From: Planctomycetota bacterium
GTDB taxonomy: Bacteria; Planctomycetota; UBA8108; SXIK01
DNA length: 64,000 nucleotides
Assembly: GCA_965223845.1 (NCBI GenBank)
Contig: CBDCXR010000004.1
Span: 6,752,001 to 6,816,000, forward strand
Reading direction: 5' to 3'
Position 1 is the first letter of the stretch. Every line of letters begins with the position of its first letter. The translations under genes were made by a program, and so were the position numbers. The notes beneath the pieces were generated by a model, which was not told the origin of the DNA, ran no database searches, and worked only from the letters and a program-made list of their open reading frames with translations. This document shows, piece after piece, positions 32,344 through 42,944 of this stretch.

Positions 32344-33144
32344 TTAAGGTGCGTTCGCGACGGGATTCGTCAGGGTGCCGATCCGCTCGATCTCGATGGA
32401 GACGCTGTCGCCGTCCCGAAGAAAAAGCGGCGGCTTGCGCGCGAATCCTACGCCCTGCGGAGTTCCGGTGAGGATCACCGTCCCCGGTAGGAGCGTCGTC
32501 CCCTGGCTGAGGAAGGCGATCAGTGTCGGTACGTCGAAGATCATGTCCGAGGTCGTCCAGTCCTGGACGGTTTCGCCGTTCAGTACCGTCTTGATCCCGA
32601 GCGCGTTCGGATCGGGGATCTCGTCGGTCGTCACGAGGTCCGGCCCTAGTGGACAGAACGTGTCGAACGTCTTCCCCCGGCACCACTGACTTCCGCCCTT
32701 TTTGATCTGCCAATCGCGCCCCGAAACATCGTTCGCGCAGGTGTATCCGAGGACGCACCCGAGCGCGTCCTCGCGCGAGACGTTCTTCGCTTCCCGTCCG
32801 ATGACGACTGCCAGCTCACACTCGTAGTCGACGGCGTCGCGCTCGACGGCGGGAAGCTCGATCGGATCGCCGGGATTCTGCACCGCGTTCGGCCCTTTGA
32901 TGAAGAGAACGGGATACTCGGGCGGAGCGAGTCCCGACTCCTCCGCGTGCTTCCTGTAGTTGAGACCGATGCAGAGGACGATGCGCGGCTCGATCGGCGC
33001 GAGAAGCTTGTCGATCGGGACGACGTCGTCCGTGACGCGGTGCTCTCCGAAGAGATCTCCATCGATTCGCGCGGCCTTCGTCGCGTCGATGCGCTTTCCC
33101 CACTCCACCGCGCCGTCCGGCGTGCGAAATCGAACGATGTGCAT
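32344..33144 (-). CDS. Fumarylacetoacetate hydrolase family protein
   Basis: CIGLNYRKHAEE, DYECELAVVIG, NDVSGRDWQ, GKTFDTFCPLGP, ILTGTP; probable start ATG 33144. Confidence 0.92.
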   Translation of the reverse strand: MHIVRFRTPDGAVEWGKRIDATKAARIDGDLFGEHRVTDDVVPIDKLLAPIEPRIVLCIGLNYRKHAEESGLAPPEYPVLFIKGPNAVQNPGDPIELPAVERDAVDYECELAVVIGREAKNVSREDALGCVLGYTCANDVSGRDWQIKKGGSQWCRGKTFDTFCPLGPDLVTTDEIPDPNALGIKTVLNGETVQDWTTSDMIFDVPTLIAFLSQGTTLLPGTVILTGTPQGVGFARKPPLFLRDGDSVSIEIERIGTLTNPVANAP

Positions 33145-33573
33145 GATCTGAGTGCTCCTCGGAACCCGCGCGAGCCGGCCGGGCGGTGGAGAAACCCGAT
33201 TTTCTCCCGCGGCCGCCGCGCCGATGGGGGCGTTATCCCCGACGCTGCGAAAAACGGCGAGCAAAAACAGCGAAGAGAGCGCTGTCAGTGGCGTTTTCGA
33301 GCCGTGTCGCCACGCGGAGCATATTCGACCGTACGCGAGCGTTGGCGACGCGGGTCAAAACCCGCTGGCGGCGTGCTGCTCGCCGAGCGAAAGCGCTTTT
33401 TGCCGCCGGGCGCTTGCAACGTCGGGATCATCTTCACCGCCCTCTCAGCACGCCGCAAGAGGATCGTCGCGCTGCGCGGCTTGACACTCGGATCGAAACA
33501 TGCTCCGTAGGCATCGTCGCGTCCCGGGATTTGTATCCCGTTCCCGTTCCCGTTCCCCACAAACCAAGCGCTC

Positions 33574-34071
33574 GTGAAGATCTACCTCGCCGCGGATCAC
33601 GCCGGCTACCAGCTCAAGAAGTCGCTCCACTCCCATCTCAAGAAAAAGGGCTTCGAGGTCGAGGACCTCGGCACCGATTCCGAGTCCGTGCCGACGGACT
33701 ACCCCGATTTCGCGGCGAAGGTCTGCGAATCGGTGCGTGCAGATCCGGGTCCCGACGCGCGCGGGATCATCGTCTGCGGGAGCGGGGTCGGTGCGAGCGT
33801 CGCCGCGAACAAGTTTCCCGGGATCCGGGCCGCGGTCTGTCACGACGCCTACTCCGCGCACCAAGGCGTCGAGCACGACGACATGAACGTTCTCTGCTTG
33901 GGCGGCCGGATCATCGGCGTCGAGCCGGCGAAGGAGATCGCCGAGCAGTTTCTCGGCGCGCGCTATACCGGCGAGGAGCGACACCGCCGTCGCCTCGGGA
34001 AGATCAGTGCGATCGAGGGGCGCTTCCTCCGCGACCGGTCGGCGGCGAATTCCTCCGACGAGGAGGAATAG
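33574..34071 (+). CDS. rpiB: Ribose-5-phosphate isomerase B family
   Basis: ADHAGY, DYPD, CGSGVG, ANKFPGIRAA, HDDMNVLCLG, RHRRRL. Confidence 0.93.
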   Translation: MKIYLAADHAGYQLKKSLHSHLKKKGFEVEDLGTDSESVPTDYPDFAAKVCESVRADPGPDARGIIVCGSGVGASVAANKFPGIRAAVCHDAYSAHQGVEHDDMNVLCLGGRIIGVEPAKEIAEQFLGARYTGEERHRRRLGKISAIEGRFLRDRSAANSSDEEE

Positions 34072-34073
34072 AG

Positions 34074-34529
34074 ATGCCGGAGGGCGTCTCGTTCTGGGAG
34101 TTCATCCGTGCGAGTGAGCTTCGCTTCTACCAGCAGCGCGACCTCGGGCTCGACCTCTATTCGACGGGGTTTCCCGGAGTCGCGCTCTTCGCGCTCGCGG
34201 TCGCCTCGGTGCTCATTTTTCTCCTCGCGATTTTCCACGTCATCCCGGTCAAGCGTCACGTCGTCGCGCTCCTTCTCGGAATCGGGATCGCGGCGGGATC
34301 GACGGGTTTTCTCACGAGCTACTGGAACGCGACGCGCTTCGCGACGCTCGAATCGTCAGTAGTTCCGGCCGCGGGTGCCGCCCCGGCAAACGACGCGCAG
34401 CTCGCCGCGGTCCTCGCCCTTCCGCTCGTCGTCGGCGGGCTCACGCTCGTCGCCGACATCCTCGGGTGCGTCTACATGGCACTCTTCTGGAGCTCGAGCG
34501 CGATTTCGAAGCGAGCGCGGAAGGCTTGA
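34074..34529 (+). CDS. Hypothetical membrane protein (3 TM)
   Basis: GGAGG RBS before ATG 34074; three hydrophobic helices. Confidence 0.7.
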   Translation: MPEGVSFWEFIRASELRFYQQRDLGLDLYSTGFPGVALFALAVASVLIFLLAIFHVIPVKRHVVALLLGIGIAAGSTGFLTSYWNATRFATLESSVVPAAGAAPANDAQLAAVLALPLVVGGLTLVADILGCVYMALFWSSSAISKRARKA

Positions 34530-34579
34530 AGTGTGGCCGCAGAACGAGCCGCAGGCTCGCTCGCCCGAGTGAAGCCTAG

Positions 34580-35371
34580 TCAGCGCTTGATCGGGGTCAT
34601 GAACTCCGAGAGCGATGGAAGCGTCTCGTTCGCTTTCCCGAAGATCGTGATGCTCGGCGCGGAGTCGACCTCCATCGCAGCGATGTCGAGTGACTCCCAC
34701 GGCGGGTCGCACTCCATCACTCCGCCGGCCTCTCGGGCGATCAAGAGACCGGCCGCGATGTCCCAGACGTGCGCTTGGCAGAAGCACGCGGCAAACGTCC
34801 CTGTCGCGAGGTAAGCCGCGTTCACGACGAGACTCCCGAGGATGCGCTGCTTCGCCGGAACCGTGAGCTGATAGAGACGATGGCAGCTCGATGTCGTGGT
34901 GATGCTGCAGAGCTTCGAGTACTCGGTCACGCGCGAAGTTTCGATGGCGTGGCCGTTCATCGTCGCCCCTTCGCCGCGCTTCGCGTGAAACATCTCGTCG
35001 AGCGCGGGAAAGTAGATCCAGCCCTCCACGGGTCCTTCCGCATCGCACAGGGCGAGTGTCGGCCCCCAGTAGGCGACGCCCTGCGTGAAGTTCGTCGTTC
35101 CGTCGATCGGGTCGAGGAGCCAGTAGCGGGACGGATCGCGGCGCACGTTCCCGTGCTCCTCGCCGAGGAAGCTGTCCTCCGGGAACCGATCGGAGATGAA
35201 CGCGTAGATGCGGCGCTCGCTCTCGACGTCGTACTCGGTGACCACCGACTTGCCGTAGCCGGTGTCGTCCTTCACCTGGATCTCCGACTGCTGGAGGCTT
35301 CGGTAGCCCTCGAGTTGATACGCTCCGATCTCGCGCAGGAGGTTTTCGATGTCTTGCCGATTCTGGTCCAT
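34580..35371 (-). CDS. Inositol monophosphatase family protein
   Basis: FLGEE, WLLDPIDGTTNF, WDIAAGLLIAREAGG. Confidence 0.93.
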   Translation of the reverse strand: MDQNRQDIENLLREIGAYQLEGYRSLQQSEIQVKDDTGYGKSVVTEYDVESERRIYAFISDRFPEDSFLGEEHGNVRRDPSRYWLLDPIDGTTNFTQGVAYWGPTLALCDAEGPVEGWIYFPALDEMFHAKRGEGATMNGHAIETSRVTEYSKLCSITTTSSCHRLYQLTVPAKQRILGSLVVNAAYLATGTFAACFCQAHVWDIAAGLLIAREAGGVMECDPPWESLDIAAMEVDSAPSITIFGKANETLPSLSEFMTPIKR

Positions 35372-35397
35372 GCGAACTTCCTAGGATGATCGTCCGG

Positions 35398-37272
35398 TCA
35401 TTTGTATTGGAGCTCGTGGAGTCTGGCGTAGACGCCCCCGCGGCGGATGAGCTCCTCGTGGCTCCCCTGCTCGCGAATCTCGCCCTTGTGAACGACGAGG
35501 ATGCGATTCGCCCGGCGAATCGTCGACAGGCGGTGCGCGATGACGAGCGAAGTGCGGCCGGCGAGCACGCGCTCGAGGGCCTTCTGAATGAGAACCTCTG
35601 TTTCTGTATCGACGTGTGCGGTCGCTTCGTCGAGCACCAAGAAGTCGGGGTCGTGCGCGAGCACGCGCGCGAAGGCGAGAAGCTGCTTCTCGCCGACGGA
35701 CAGCGAGCCGCCTCGCTCGGTCAAAACGTGGTCGTAACCGGCGTCGAGCCGGCCGACCATCCGATCGGCCGCGACGTTTCGCACCGCTTCGGCGATCGCA
35801 TCGTCCGAGATGTCCTCGCGACCGAGCCGGATGTTATCGGCGATCGACCGCGTGAAGAGGAACACGTCTTGAAGGACGATGCCGATTCGAGCTCGAAGCT
35901 CGCGCTTGTCGTAGGCGCGCACGTCGACCCCGTCGACCTCGACGCTCCCTTGGCGAACGTCGTAGAGCCGGCTCATGAGATTGATGAGGGTGCTCTTTCC
36001 GCTGCCGGTCGCACCGACGATCGCGACGACCTCGCCCGGGTTCACGGTGAAGTTGATGTCGCGAAGGACGTACTCTTCGTCCTGATAGGCGAACCACACA
36101 TTGCGGAACTCGACTTTGCCGCGAAGGCGCGGAGCGCGAGCATCCTCGGACGCACGGATGGGGACGGACGCGGACTCCGAACCGGGGGGCGCTTCTAGGC
36201 GCGCCATCCCCGGTTCGGTATCGAGGATCTTGAACACGCGCTCCGCGGCCGCCATCGCCGATTGCAAAATGTTGTACCGCTCCGCCATGTCGCGAATCGG
36301 CTGGAAGAACCGTCCGAGGAAGATCCAGAAGTAGTAGAAATCGCCGTAGGACACCTCGCCGCTCACGATCATTCGGGCGCCGAACCAGATGATCGCGACG
36401 AGTGCGAGATTGCTGAGAACCTCGACCGCCGGGAAATAGAGCGCGTAGGCGAGCACCGTGCGGAGGAATGCGCGCAGGTAGCGGTGATTGATCGATTCGA
36501 AGTGCCGTAGATTCTCGAGCTCTCGGTGGTAGAGCTGAATCACGCTCATCCCCTGGATCGATTCCTGCGTGAACGCGTTCAGGTGCGAGAGATGTCGGCG
36601 CTGCTCGCGGTAGAACCGCCGCGCCTTCTGACGGAAGATAAACGTCGCGGCGAGAAGGAACGGAAGCGCGGAGAGAGTGACGAGCGCGAGCTCGAAGTTC
36701 ATGGCGAGGAGTGCGGCGGCGATTCCGATGAGGACGAGAACGTCGGCGATGAACGTCACGACGCCGCTCGCGAAGACTTCGTTCAGTGCTTCGATGTCGC
36801 TCGTGATGCGCGTCACGAGCCGGCCGACGGGATTCCGGTCGTAGAAGGCGAGCGGGAGTTTCTGAAGGTGCGAAAAGAGCCGCATCCGAAGATCGAACAT
36901 CACGCGCTGCCCGACTTGCGCCATCAGGTAGACCTGTGCGAAGCGGAGCGCGGCGAGCACCACCGTCACGCCGACGAACACTCCGGCGAGGACACCGAGC
37001 GAGCCGAGCGCATCGCGGTCGAGCTCACCGGTCTGCCGATAGTGAACGGCGCCGCTCGAGATCGGACCGTCGATCGCGAGCTTCCCGATGTAGGGCCCGA
37101 CGAGCCCGAGCAGAGTCACCAGAAGGATCGTGACGAGCGCGATTCCCGTGCGAACGCGATACGGCCTCGCATACCCGAGCAGACGGCCGAGGAGGTGGCG
37201 GTCGAAGGCCTTGCCGACGATGACTTCGTCTTGAAAAGCGTCGCTCGCGACGCGGGACGGGCGCGCCATCAC
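35398..37272 (-). CDS. ABC exporter, fused TMD+NBD (subunit B of a heterodimer)
   Basis: TM domain; GATGSGKST, degenerate signature LSVGEKQ, LVLDEAT, IAHRLST. Confidence 0.93.
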   Translation of the reverse strand: MMARPSRVASDAFQDEVIVGKAFDRHLLGRLLGYARPYRVRTGIALVTILLVTLLGLVGPYIGKLAIDGPISSGAVHYRQTGELDRDALGSLGVLAGVFVGVTVVLAALRFAQVYLMAQVGQRVMFDLRMRLFSHLQKLPLAFYDRNPVGRLVTRITSDIEALNEVFASGVVTFIADVLVLIGIAAALLAMNFELALVTLSALPFLLAATFIFRQKARRFYREQRRHLSHLNAFTQESIQGMSVIQLYHRELENLRHFESINHRYLRAFLRTVLAYALYFPAVEVLSNLALVAIIWFGARMIVSGEVSYGDFYYFWIFLGRFFQPIRDMAERYNILQSAMAAAERVFKILDTEPGMARLEAPPGSESASVPIRASEDARAPRLRGKVEFRNVWFAYQDEEYVLRDINFTVNPGEVVAIVGATGSGKSTLINLMSRLYDVRQGSVEVDGVDVRAYDKRELRARIGIVLQDVFLFTRSIADNIRLGREDISDDAIAEAVRNVAADRMVGRLDAGYDHVLTERGGSLSVGEKQLLAFARVLAHDPDFLVLDEATAHVDTETEVLIQKALERVLAGRTSLVIAHRLSTIRRANRILVVHKGEIREQGSHEELIRRGGVYARLHELQYK

Positions 37273-39014
37273 ATGCTCTCCAGCTCGTCGGAGATGCGCT
37301 GCAGGCGATGGAGCTCGGCGTAGAGGCCATCGTTTTGGATGAGCTCAGCGTGTGTTCCGTGCTCCGTGATGCGTCCCTCTTCGAGGACGTAGATCCGATC
37401 CGCCGACTGAATGCTCGAGATGCGGTGCGAGACGACGATCGTCGTCAAGTTCTCCGTGTGACGCCCCAGGTTCGCGAGAATCTCGTCTTCGGTTTCCGTG
37501 TCGACCGCCGAGAACGCGTCATCGAGGATGAGGACGCGCGGCGACGCGAGGAGGGCTCGCGCGATCGCCGTCCGCTGGCGCTGCCCGCCCGATAGGGTCA
37601 CTCCGCGCTCCCCGACCAGCTCCTCGTATCCGCGCGGGAACTGGTCGACGTCCTTGTCGATCCGCGTGACTTCGGCCGCCTCGAGAACACGCGGATCGTC
37701 GGCGTTTCCCGAAGCGAACGCGATGTTCTCCGCGATGGTCCGCGAGAAGAGGAAGCTCTCCTGCTGCACGAACCCGACCGTTTCGCGAAGGTCCTTGAGT
37801 GAGAGCTGATTGACGTCGATGCCGTCGAGAAACACCGTGCCGTCGGGTACGGGATAGAGGCGCGCGAGGAGTCCGATGAGCGTCGACTTCCCCGCACCCG
37901 TGCGTCCGACGATCGCGATCGTCTCGCCCGGTCGAGCTTCGAGGGCGACATCGTGGAGGACCTCCGTCGCGCCGTAGGAGAAGCTGAGCCCGCGGATCTC
38001 GACGTGTCCGGCGAATCCCCCGCCCGGTTTCGTCCGCGGTGCGTCCGGCGACCGAACGTTCGGTTTGAGTGCGAAGAGCTCCCGGATGCGCTCTACGCTC
38101 GCGGCGCCGCGCTGAAACTGGTTCACCACCCAGCCGACGGCGAGCATCGGCCAGAGGAAGACGAGGAGATAACCGGTGAACTTGACGAGCTCGGCGAGAC
38201 TGATCTCCGCCGTGAGGACGAGCCAGCCGCCGACGAAGAGAATGAACACCTGCCCGAGATCGCCGATCGCTCCGATCACGGGATGCATCCACGCCGAGTA
38301 GCTCGCCGCTTTTTGGTTCTCCTTCGCGTATCGCTCCGCCGTTTTCTCGAAGCGCGCGCGCTCGCTCGGCTCCTGAGCGAAGGCCTTGACGACGCGAACG
38401 CCGGCGAAGTCCTCCTGCGCGTGAGAGCTGAGCTCGGCGAGCGTCTGACTCGCCTTGTACATCTGCCGGTGGACGAGGGGCCCGATGATCCGAACCGACA
38501 CCGTCATGAGGACGAGCGGGACCATCACCATCGCGGTGAGGATCGGATCGACCTGGAGCATGAGCGGGATGCCCCCGACGAAGAGGCAGAGCGTCTGGAT
38601 CGAGTACATCACCACCGGTCCGATGATGAGGCGCGAGCGGTCGACGTCCGCCGACATCCGCGCCATCAGATCACCCGTGCGCGCGTGGTCGTAGTGAACC
38701 TTGTCGAGGCTCTGCAAGTGGCTGAAGAGCGCGTTGCGGAGATCGAACTCGGCGCGGCGCGACGCGCCGATGATGAACTGGCGGGTGAAGAAGAGCGTGA
38801 TCCCGCGTACCGCGGTTACGCCCAGGATCCAGACGAGGATCTCGGCGATCTCCACCATCGGTGCGTCGCTCGTCTCGAGGACGTGGATCGCCTCGCCCGT
38901 AAAGTACGGGATCGCGAGCATCGCGGCGATCGAGACCGGGACGAGCAGGCCGCCGAGCAGGTAGGCACGGAGGTGAGGGCGGCAGAAGCGAGAGAGGAAC
39001 CGGAGGATCGGCAT
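37269..39014 (-). CDS. ABC exporter, fused TMD+NBD (subunit A of a heterodimer)
   Basis: GRTGAGKST, LSGGQRQR, degenerate Walker B LILDDA; overlaps the partner gene. Confidence 0.93.
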   Translation of the reverse strand: MPILRFLSRFCRPHLRAYLLGGLLVPVSIAAMLAIPYFTGEAIHVLETSDAPMVEIAEILVWILGVTAVRGITLFFTRQFIIGASRRAEFDLRNALFSHLQSLDKVHYDHARTGDLMARMSADVDRSRLIIGPVVMYSIQTLCLFVGGIPLMLQVDPILTAMVMVPLVLMTVSVRIIGPLVHRQMYKASQTLAELSSHAQEDFAGVRVVKAFAQEPSERARFEKTAERYAKENQKAASYSAWMHPVIGAIGDLGQVFILFVGGWLVLTAEISLAELVKFTGYLLVFLWPMLAVGWVVNQFQRGAASVERIRELFALKPNVRSPDAPRTKPGGGFAGHVEIRGLSFSYGATEVLHDVALEARPGETIAIVGRTGAGKSTLIGLLARLYPVPDGTVFLDGIDVNQLSLKDLRETVGFVQQESFLFSRTIAENIAFASGNADDPRVLEAAEVTRIDKDVDQFPRGYEELVGERGVTLSGGQRQRTAIARALLASPRVLILDDAFSAVDTETEDEILANLGRHTENLTTIVVSHRISSIQSADRIYVLEEGRITEHGTHAELIQNDGLYAELHRLQRISDELESM

Positions 39015-39557
39015 CGACGAGAGCGCGGTTGGGTTCGGTGGAAGTCCGGGGGTGGGCGACGATCGTCCTCGAGGCCGACCGAGTCGGGCTTCGTCCGCGG
39101 CCGTTTGCGGGTCGAGCGACGCTGTTCGGGTGGCCGGGTAGGCTCGACGGAGGCCGGATTCTAACTCGGGCCCGGTGGAGATTCGACTCCGCCGCTCGGC
39201 CGCTCGAACTCGTGTCGCGGGCGGGAGAAGAACCGGCGCGGTCGGCCCTCGGCGGGTGATGTTCAGCGCGCCCGCGCGCCCGCGATGACCCCGTTTTCTC
39301 CGGCCTTGGGGACGCCGCCGGGGCGGCGATTTCGTCGGGACGCGATCCTTCCCGGTGTGTTAGGATCGATAGCTCTTGTGCCGACTCGGAGGCGGGCTCC
39401 GCATCCGGGTTCGACGGGTCGAGGGTTGTTTCTCCTGCCGAACTGACGAAGGCGGCCGCTTCCGGCCGCGGGCTCGCGAGATTCCGGGGCGCGACTCGGT
39501 GCGCCCTTGAAGTTCGGGCTCAGCCCATCGGTGGTTTTCTTGTTTCTCGAGGTTCCC

Positions 39558-40892
39558 ATGTCGAACGTCGTTCGATCGTTCTCCTGGGCGGCGCTTGTGG
39601 GTTGTTTCTTCTCGGCGGTCTCCGTCGAGGGCGCGAATCGCTTCTACGTCGAGGATCAAACCCTCCTCACCGGTTCGACGGACAACGTGATCCCGATCCT
39701 CGTCGACCTCGACGAGGATGCGTACGCACTCTCCGTCTATGTCGAATTCAACTCGAGCCTGCTCACCGTGACTGCGGTCGAGCTCGGGAGTGACGTCACG
39801 GGCCTCGATCCGGAGTACGAGAATGGAATTCTCTCGAACAACCCGGGACAGGTGACGCACGGCTTTCTCTTCGATCTGAGCGATCCGATCACGAAGCATC
39901 TTCAGGCCGGCGTCGGCCGTGAGGTCCTCCGTCTCGTCGTCGATGTCGACGCGAGCTCGAGCACGACGACGACGATCGATTTCAAGAACGTGAACGGTGC
40001 GCCGAATCGCTTGAATGTCCTGGCCGACGTCAACGGCGATCCCATCTCGCCCACACCGACGCTCGACGACGGTCTCCTCACGCTCTCCGATCTGAAGCCG
40101 ATCATCGACACGATCAGCCCCGCGACCGGCGAGCCGGACGACCTCATCACGATCTCGGGTCAGAACTTCGATCAGGCCGACCTCACCGTCTCGATCGGCG
40201 GTCGCAACGCCGAATTCACCCCCGCGGGGAACGACCTCGTGGTGACCGTTCCGGCGTGTCCGACAGCCGACGCGATCGGGCCCGCCGACGTCGAGGTTTG
40301 CACCGTGCGCGGCTGCACCGTTGAGACGAACGGGTTCAACTACGAGAGCTGCGGCCCGGTTCCGCCGCTCATTCAGCTCCTCGTCAACAACTCCGGAATG
40401 GCGGGCAAGGACTTCTTCGTCTCCGGCCTCAACTTCGACGAGAACGGGCTCGTCGTCCGCGTCTGCGGCGTCGTCGCCGACTTCGAGCTGAGCGGAGCCG
40501 ACCTCGTCGTCACGGCACCCGAGTGCGCGACGGAGGGATGGGCGGAGATCGAGATCTGCACGGACATCGGCTGCGACTCCGAACCGCAGGGATTCTTCTA
40601 TGAGCCGAAGGCCGTCCCCGGTCAGTTCCTCCGCGGCGACGTCAATCACGACGGCGGCGTCGACGTCTCCGACCCCATCGCGTTCCTGAACGAGCTCTTC
40701 GTCGGAATCGACGCGCTCGCTCCGTGTCAGGACGCGCGTGACTTCAACGACGACGGCGGCCTCGACATCTCGGACGGAATCTACGGCCTCCAGTTCCTCT
40801 TCGGCCCCGGCCCGGCGATTCCCGAGCCGTACCCGAATGCCGGCGTCGATCCGACGCCGGACGATCTGGACGATTGTCCCGAGGACGTCTGA
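39558..40892 (+). CDS. Secreted protein: cohesin-like domain + 2 IPT/TIG domains + dockerin
   Basis: Signal peptide; beta-sandwich (YALSVYVEFNSSLLTV); PIIDTISPATG...ITISGQNF; dockerin FLRGDVNHDGGVDVSD...CQDARDFNDDGGLDISD. Confidence 0.82.
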   Translation: MSNVVRSFSWAALVGCFFSAVSVEGANRFYVEDQTLLTGSTDNVIPILVDLDEDAYALSVYVEFNSSLLTVTAVELGSDVTGLDPEYENGILSNNPGQVTHGFLFDLSDPITKHLQAGVGREVLRLVVDVDASSSTTTTIDFKNVNGAPNRLNVLADVNGDPISPTPTLDDGLLTLSDLKPIIDTISPATGEPDDLITISGQNFDQADLTVSIGGRNAEFTPAGNDLVVTVPACPTADAIGPADVEVCTVRGCTVETNGFNYESCGPVPPLIQLLVNNSGMAGKDFFVSGLNFDENGLVVRVCGVVADFELSGADLVVTAPECATEGWAEIEICTDIGCDSEPQGFFYEPKAVPGQFLRGDVNHDGGVDVSDPIAFLNELFVGIDALAPCQDARDFNDDGGLDISDGIYGLQFLFGPGPAIPEPYPNAGVDPTPDDLDDCPEDV

Positions 40893-41078
40893 TTGCGAGG
40901 CGCGTCGCGGCGCCTCATGAACGACAGCGAGCGGGCCGGCGTTTCGTGCTGAAACGTCGGCCCGCTTCGTGTAGTCGCCCGCGGAGTCCTCGTGTCGCTG
41001 GCGAGAGCTCGCCGACGGACGTCCAGTCCTCGCTCTCAGTCAGAGTTCCGACCGAATGTTGATCGGTTCTTCATCGGA

Positions 41079-41471
41079 CTATTTGACGATTTCGGCTGCG
41101 CGTCCGTTCCGAAAGACCACCTTGAACGCCACCGTCTCGTCCGAACCGAACTGAGTCCGATTGCTGAACCGTAGCGTGATTACGATCTTGTCGCTGGGAT
41201 TCTGGCGTTGAGAGAAGATCACGTCGGGTGGGAACACCCCCGCCGGCGCATCTCTCAGCTCGTACACGAACGCCCCCGCGGCATGATAGGCTTCGTCGGG
41301 GTACATCCCGATGAGTACCCTGCCTTCGAGGATCGCCTGCTTGACCTCCGGCGAAATGTCCGGCCTCGAATCGACGTACTGCTGAGCAGCCTCGATCCGT
41401 TTCTCCTCTTCTGACTGACAACTCACGAGTGCAGCGAGATTCATCAGGAGGAGGATGCTCCGATGCCTCAT
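41079..41471 (-). CDS. Hypothetical lipoprotein
   Basis: Lipobox LVSC; AILEGRVLIGM motif; VVFRNGRAAEI C-terminus. Confidence 0.7.
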   Translation of the reverse strand: MRHRSILLLMNLAALVSCQSEEEKRIEAAQQYVDSRPDISPEVKQAILEGRVLIGMYPDEAYHAAGAFVYELRDAPAGVFPPDVIFSQRQNPSDKIVITLRFSNRTQFGSDETVAFKVVFRNGRAAEIVK

Positions 41472-41537
41472 GATCGCCTCGGGGTCTCGGTGTGGCCGTG
41501 CGCTCATCCGGCGCTTCGACGATCGCGCGTTCGGTGA

Positions 41538-42944
41538 CTACGACCCGTCGTCCTCGCCTCCATCCTCCTTCTTCCGCGGCTGGCGGAAGAAGATCGTAAA
41601 GAGGATGAGAACGATGGCCGCGCCGGCGGCCGGGTAAGTCCAGATCGAAACCCAGTCGAGCTGCCGGAGTGCTTGGACTTGGACTTCGTCTCTCCGCGTC
41701 TCCAGCGCCGAGATCTGCGTCTCGACGTCGGCCGGACTCGCCGCGTCGGCTCGGCTCGCTTTGAGCGCCTCGATCTCCTCGTTCATGGTTTGCACCTGCG
41801 CGTTGAGCGGTCCCGCCTCTTCGCCGGTATAGTCCGTTTCCACCTTGCCCGCGATCTGCGCCCCGATGAACATCCCGAGCCCCAGCGTAAACAGAACGAG
41901 CATGCCCTGTGCTTGTCCGCGGATCTTTGTCGGCGCGGTCTGATCGGTGTAGATCTGACCCGTAACAAAGAAGAAGTCGTAGCAGATACCGTGGAGGATG
42001 ACTCCGATGAGAAGAAGCGAGATCACCTCGTTCTCCGTGCCGAGCGCGAAGAGCACGTAGCGGACGACCCAGGCGAGCATGCCCACGAAGAGCATCCACT
42101 TGACGCCGAGGCGCCGGAAGAAGAACGGCATCGCGACCATGAAGAGAATCTCGGACATCTGCCCGAAGCTCATCGCGGTCGCAGGTTTCACGACCGATCC
42201 GACCCCTCCGGCGGTGATCGTCCGCTCGGCGAGCTGGTAGTAGAACGCGAGGGGGATGCAGATGAGGAACGAGCTCGCCATGAAGATCGCAAACGACGGC
42301 TTCTTGAGGAGAACGAGCGCGTCGAGACCGAGCACCTCCCCGACAGAGAAGCGCTGGCCGGCGGCGGGGGGCGGGACGTGCGGGAGGAAGAGGCTGAAGA
42401 CGGCGAGTATCGCTCCGGCACCCGCGGCGAGGTAGAACATGTCGATCGAGGCGGTCCAGCCGAACCACGAGAGCGTGAGGTTCGCCACGATCCAGCCGAT
42501 CGTCCCGAAGACGCGGATGAGCGGAAACTGCTTCGCCGAGTCCGTCATCGTGTGCATCGCGAGCGTGTTCGTGAGCGACAGCGTCGGGAAGTAGCAGAGC
42601 ATGTGAAGGAAGAAGAGCAGGTTGATCGTCGTCGGTGATGGCTCGGCAGCCCGCATTTGATCGATCGCCCCGAACATCGCGGCCGCCCCCAGCAGGTGCA
42701 TGACCGCGAGAACCCGCTCCGTCGAGAAGAACCGGTCGGCGATCATCCCGACGAAGAAGGGCGAGATCATTCCCGCGATCGGTCCGACGGAATAGGTCCA
42801 GCCGAAGTCGCCTCCGTCGAACCCGAGCGGACCGAGCACCTTCGGCGCCGTGACGTACCACGCTCCCCAGATGTAGAACTGGATGAACATCATCACCGAG
42901 AGGCGGGTCGAGACCGAGGCCGAGAGTCGTGCGGGTTCGTTCAT
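41538..42944 (-). CDS. MFS nucleoside:H+ symporter family (NupG/YegT-like)
   Basis: RLSVMMFIQFYIWGAW, GMIADRFF, IRVFGTIGW, GQMSE, LHGICYDFFFV. Confidence 0.92.
   Translation of the reverse strand: MNEPARLSASVSTRLSVMMFIQFYIWGAWYVTAPKVLGPLGFDGGDFGWTYSVGPIAGMISPFFVGMIADRFFSTERVLAVMHLLGAAAMFGAIDQMRAAEPSPTTINLLFFLHMLCYFPTLSLTNTLAMHTMTDSAKQFPLIRVFGTIGWIVANLTLSWFGWTASIDMFYLAAGAGAILAVFSLFLPHVPPPAAGQRFSVGEVLGLDALVLLKKPSFAIFMASSFLICIPLAFYYQLAERTITAGGVGSVVKPATAMSFGQMSEILFMVAMPFFFRRLGVKWMLFVGMLAWVVRYVLFALGTENEVISLLLIGVILHGICYDFFFVTGQIYTDQTAPTKIRGQAQGMLVLFTLGLGMFIGAQIAGKVETDYTGEEAGPLNAQVQTMNEEIEALKASRADAASPADVETQISALETRRDEVQVQALRQLDWVSIWTYPAAGAAIVLILFTIFFRQPRKKEDGGEDDGS

Noticed and set aside
33535-33558. 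(TTCCCG)n hexamer run upstream of rpiB as a phase-variation tract
   Set aside because: Only about 3.5 units; too short to support a functional claim.
39132-39202. tRNA-like cloverleaf with apparent CTA (amber) anticodon: GGCCGGG/CTCGGCC acceptor stem, TTCTAAC loop, TTCGA motif
   Set aside because: The T-arm is non-canonical (8-bp stem, 6-nt loop), the anticodon stem is mismatched and overlaps the D-stem, and there is no CCA. ATTCTAAC is better explained as a minus-strand TAGAAT -10 box for the ABC genes; the same word precedes the M20 gene near 25644. tRNAscan-SE or ARAGORN would settle it.
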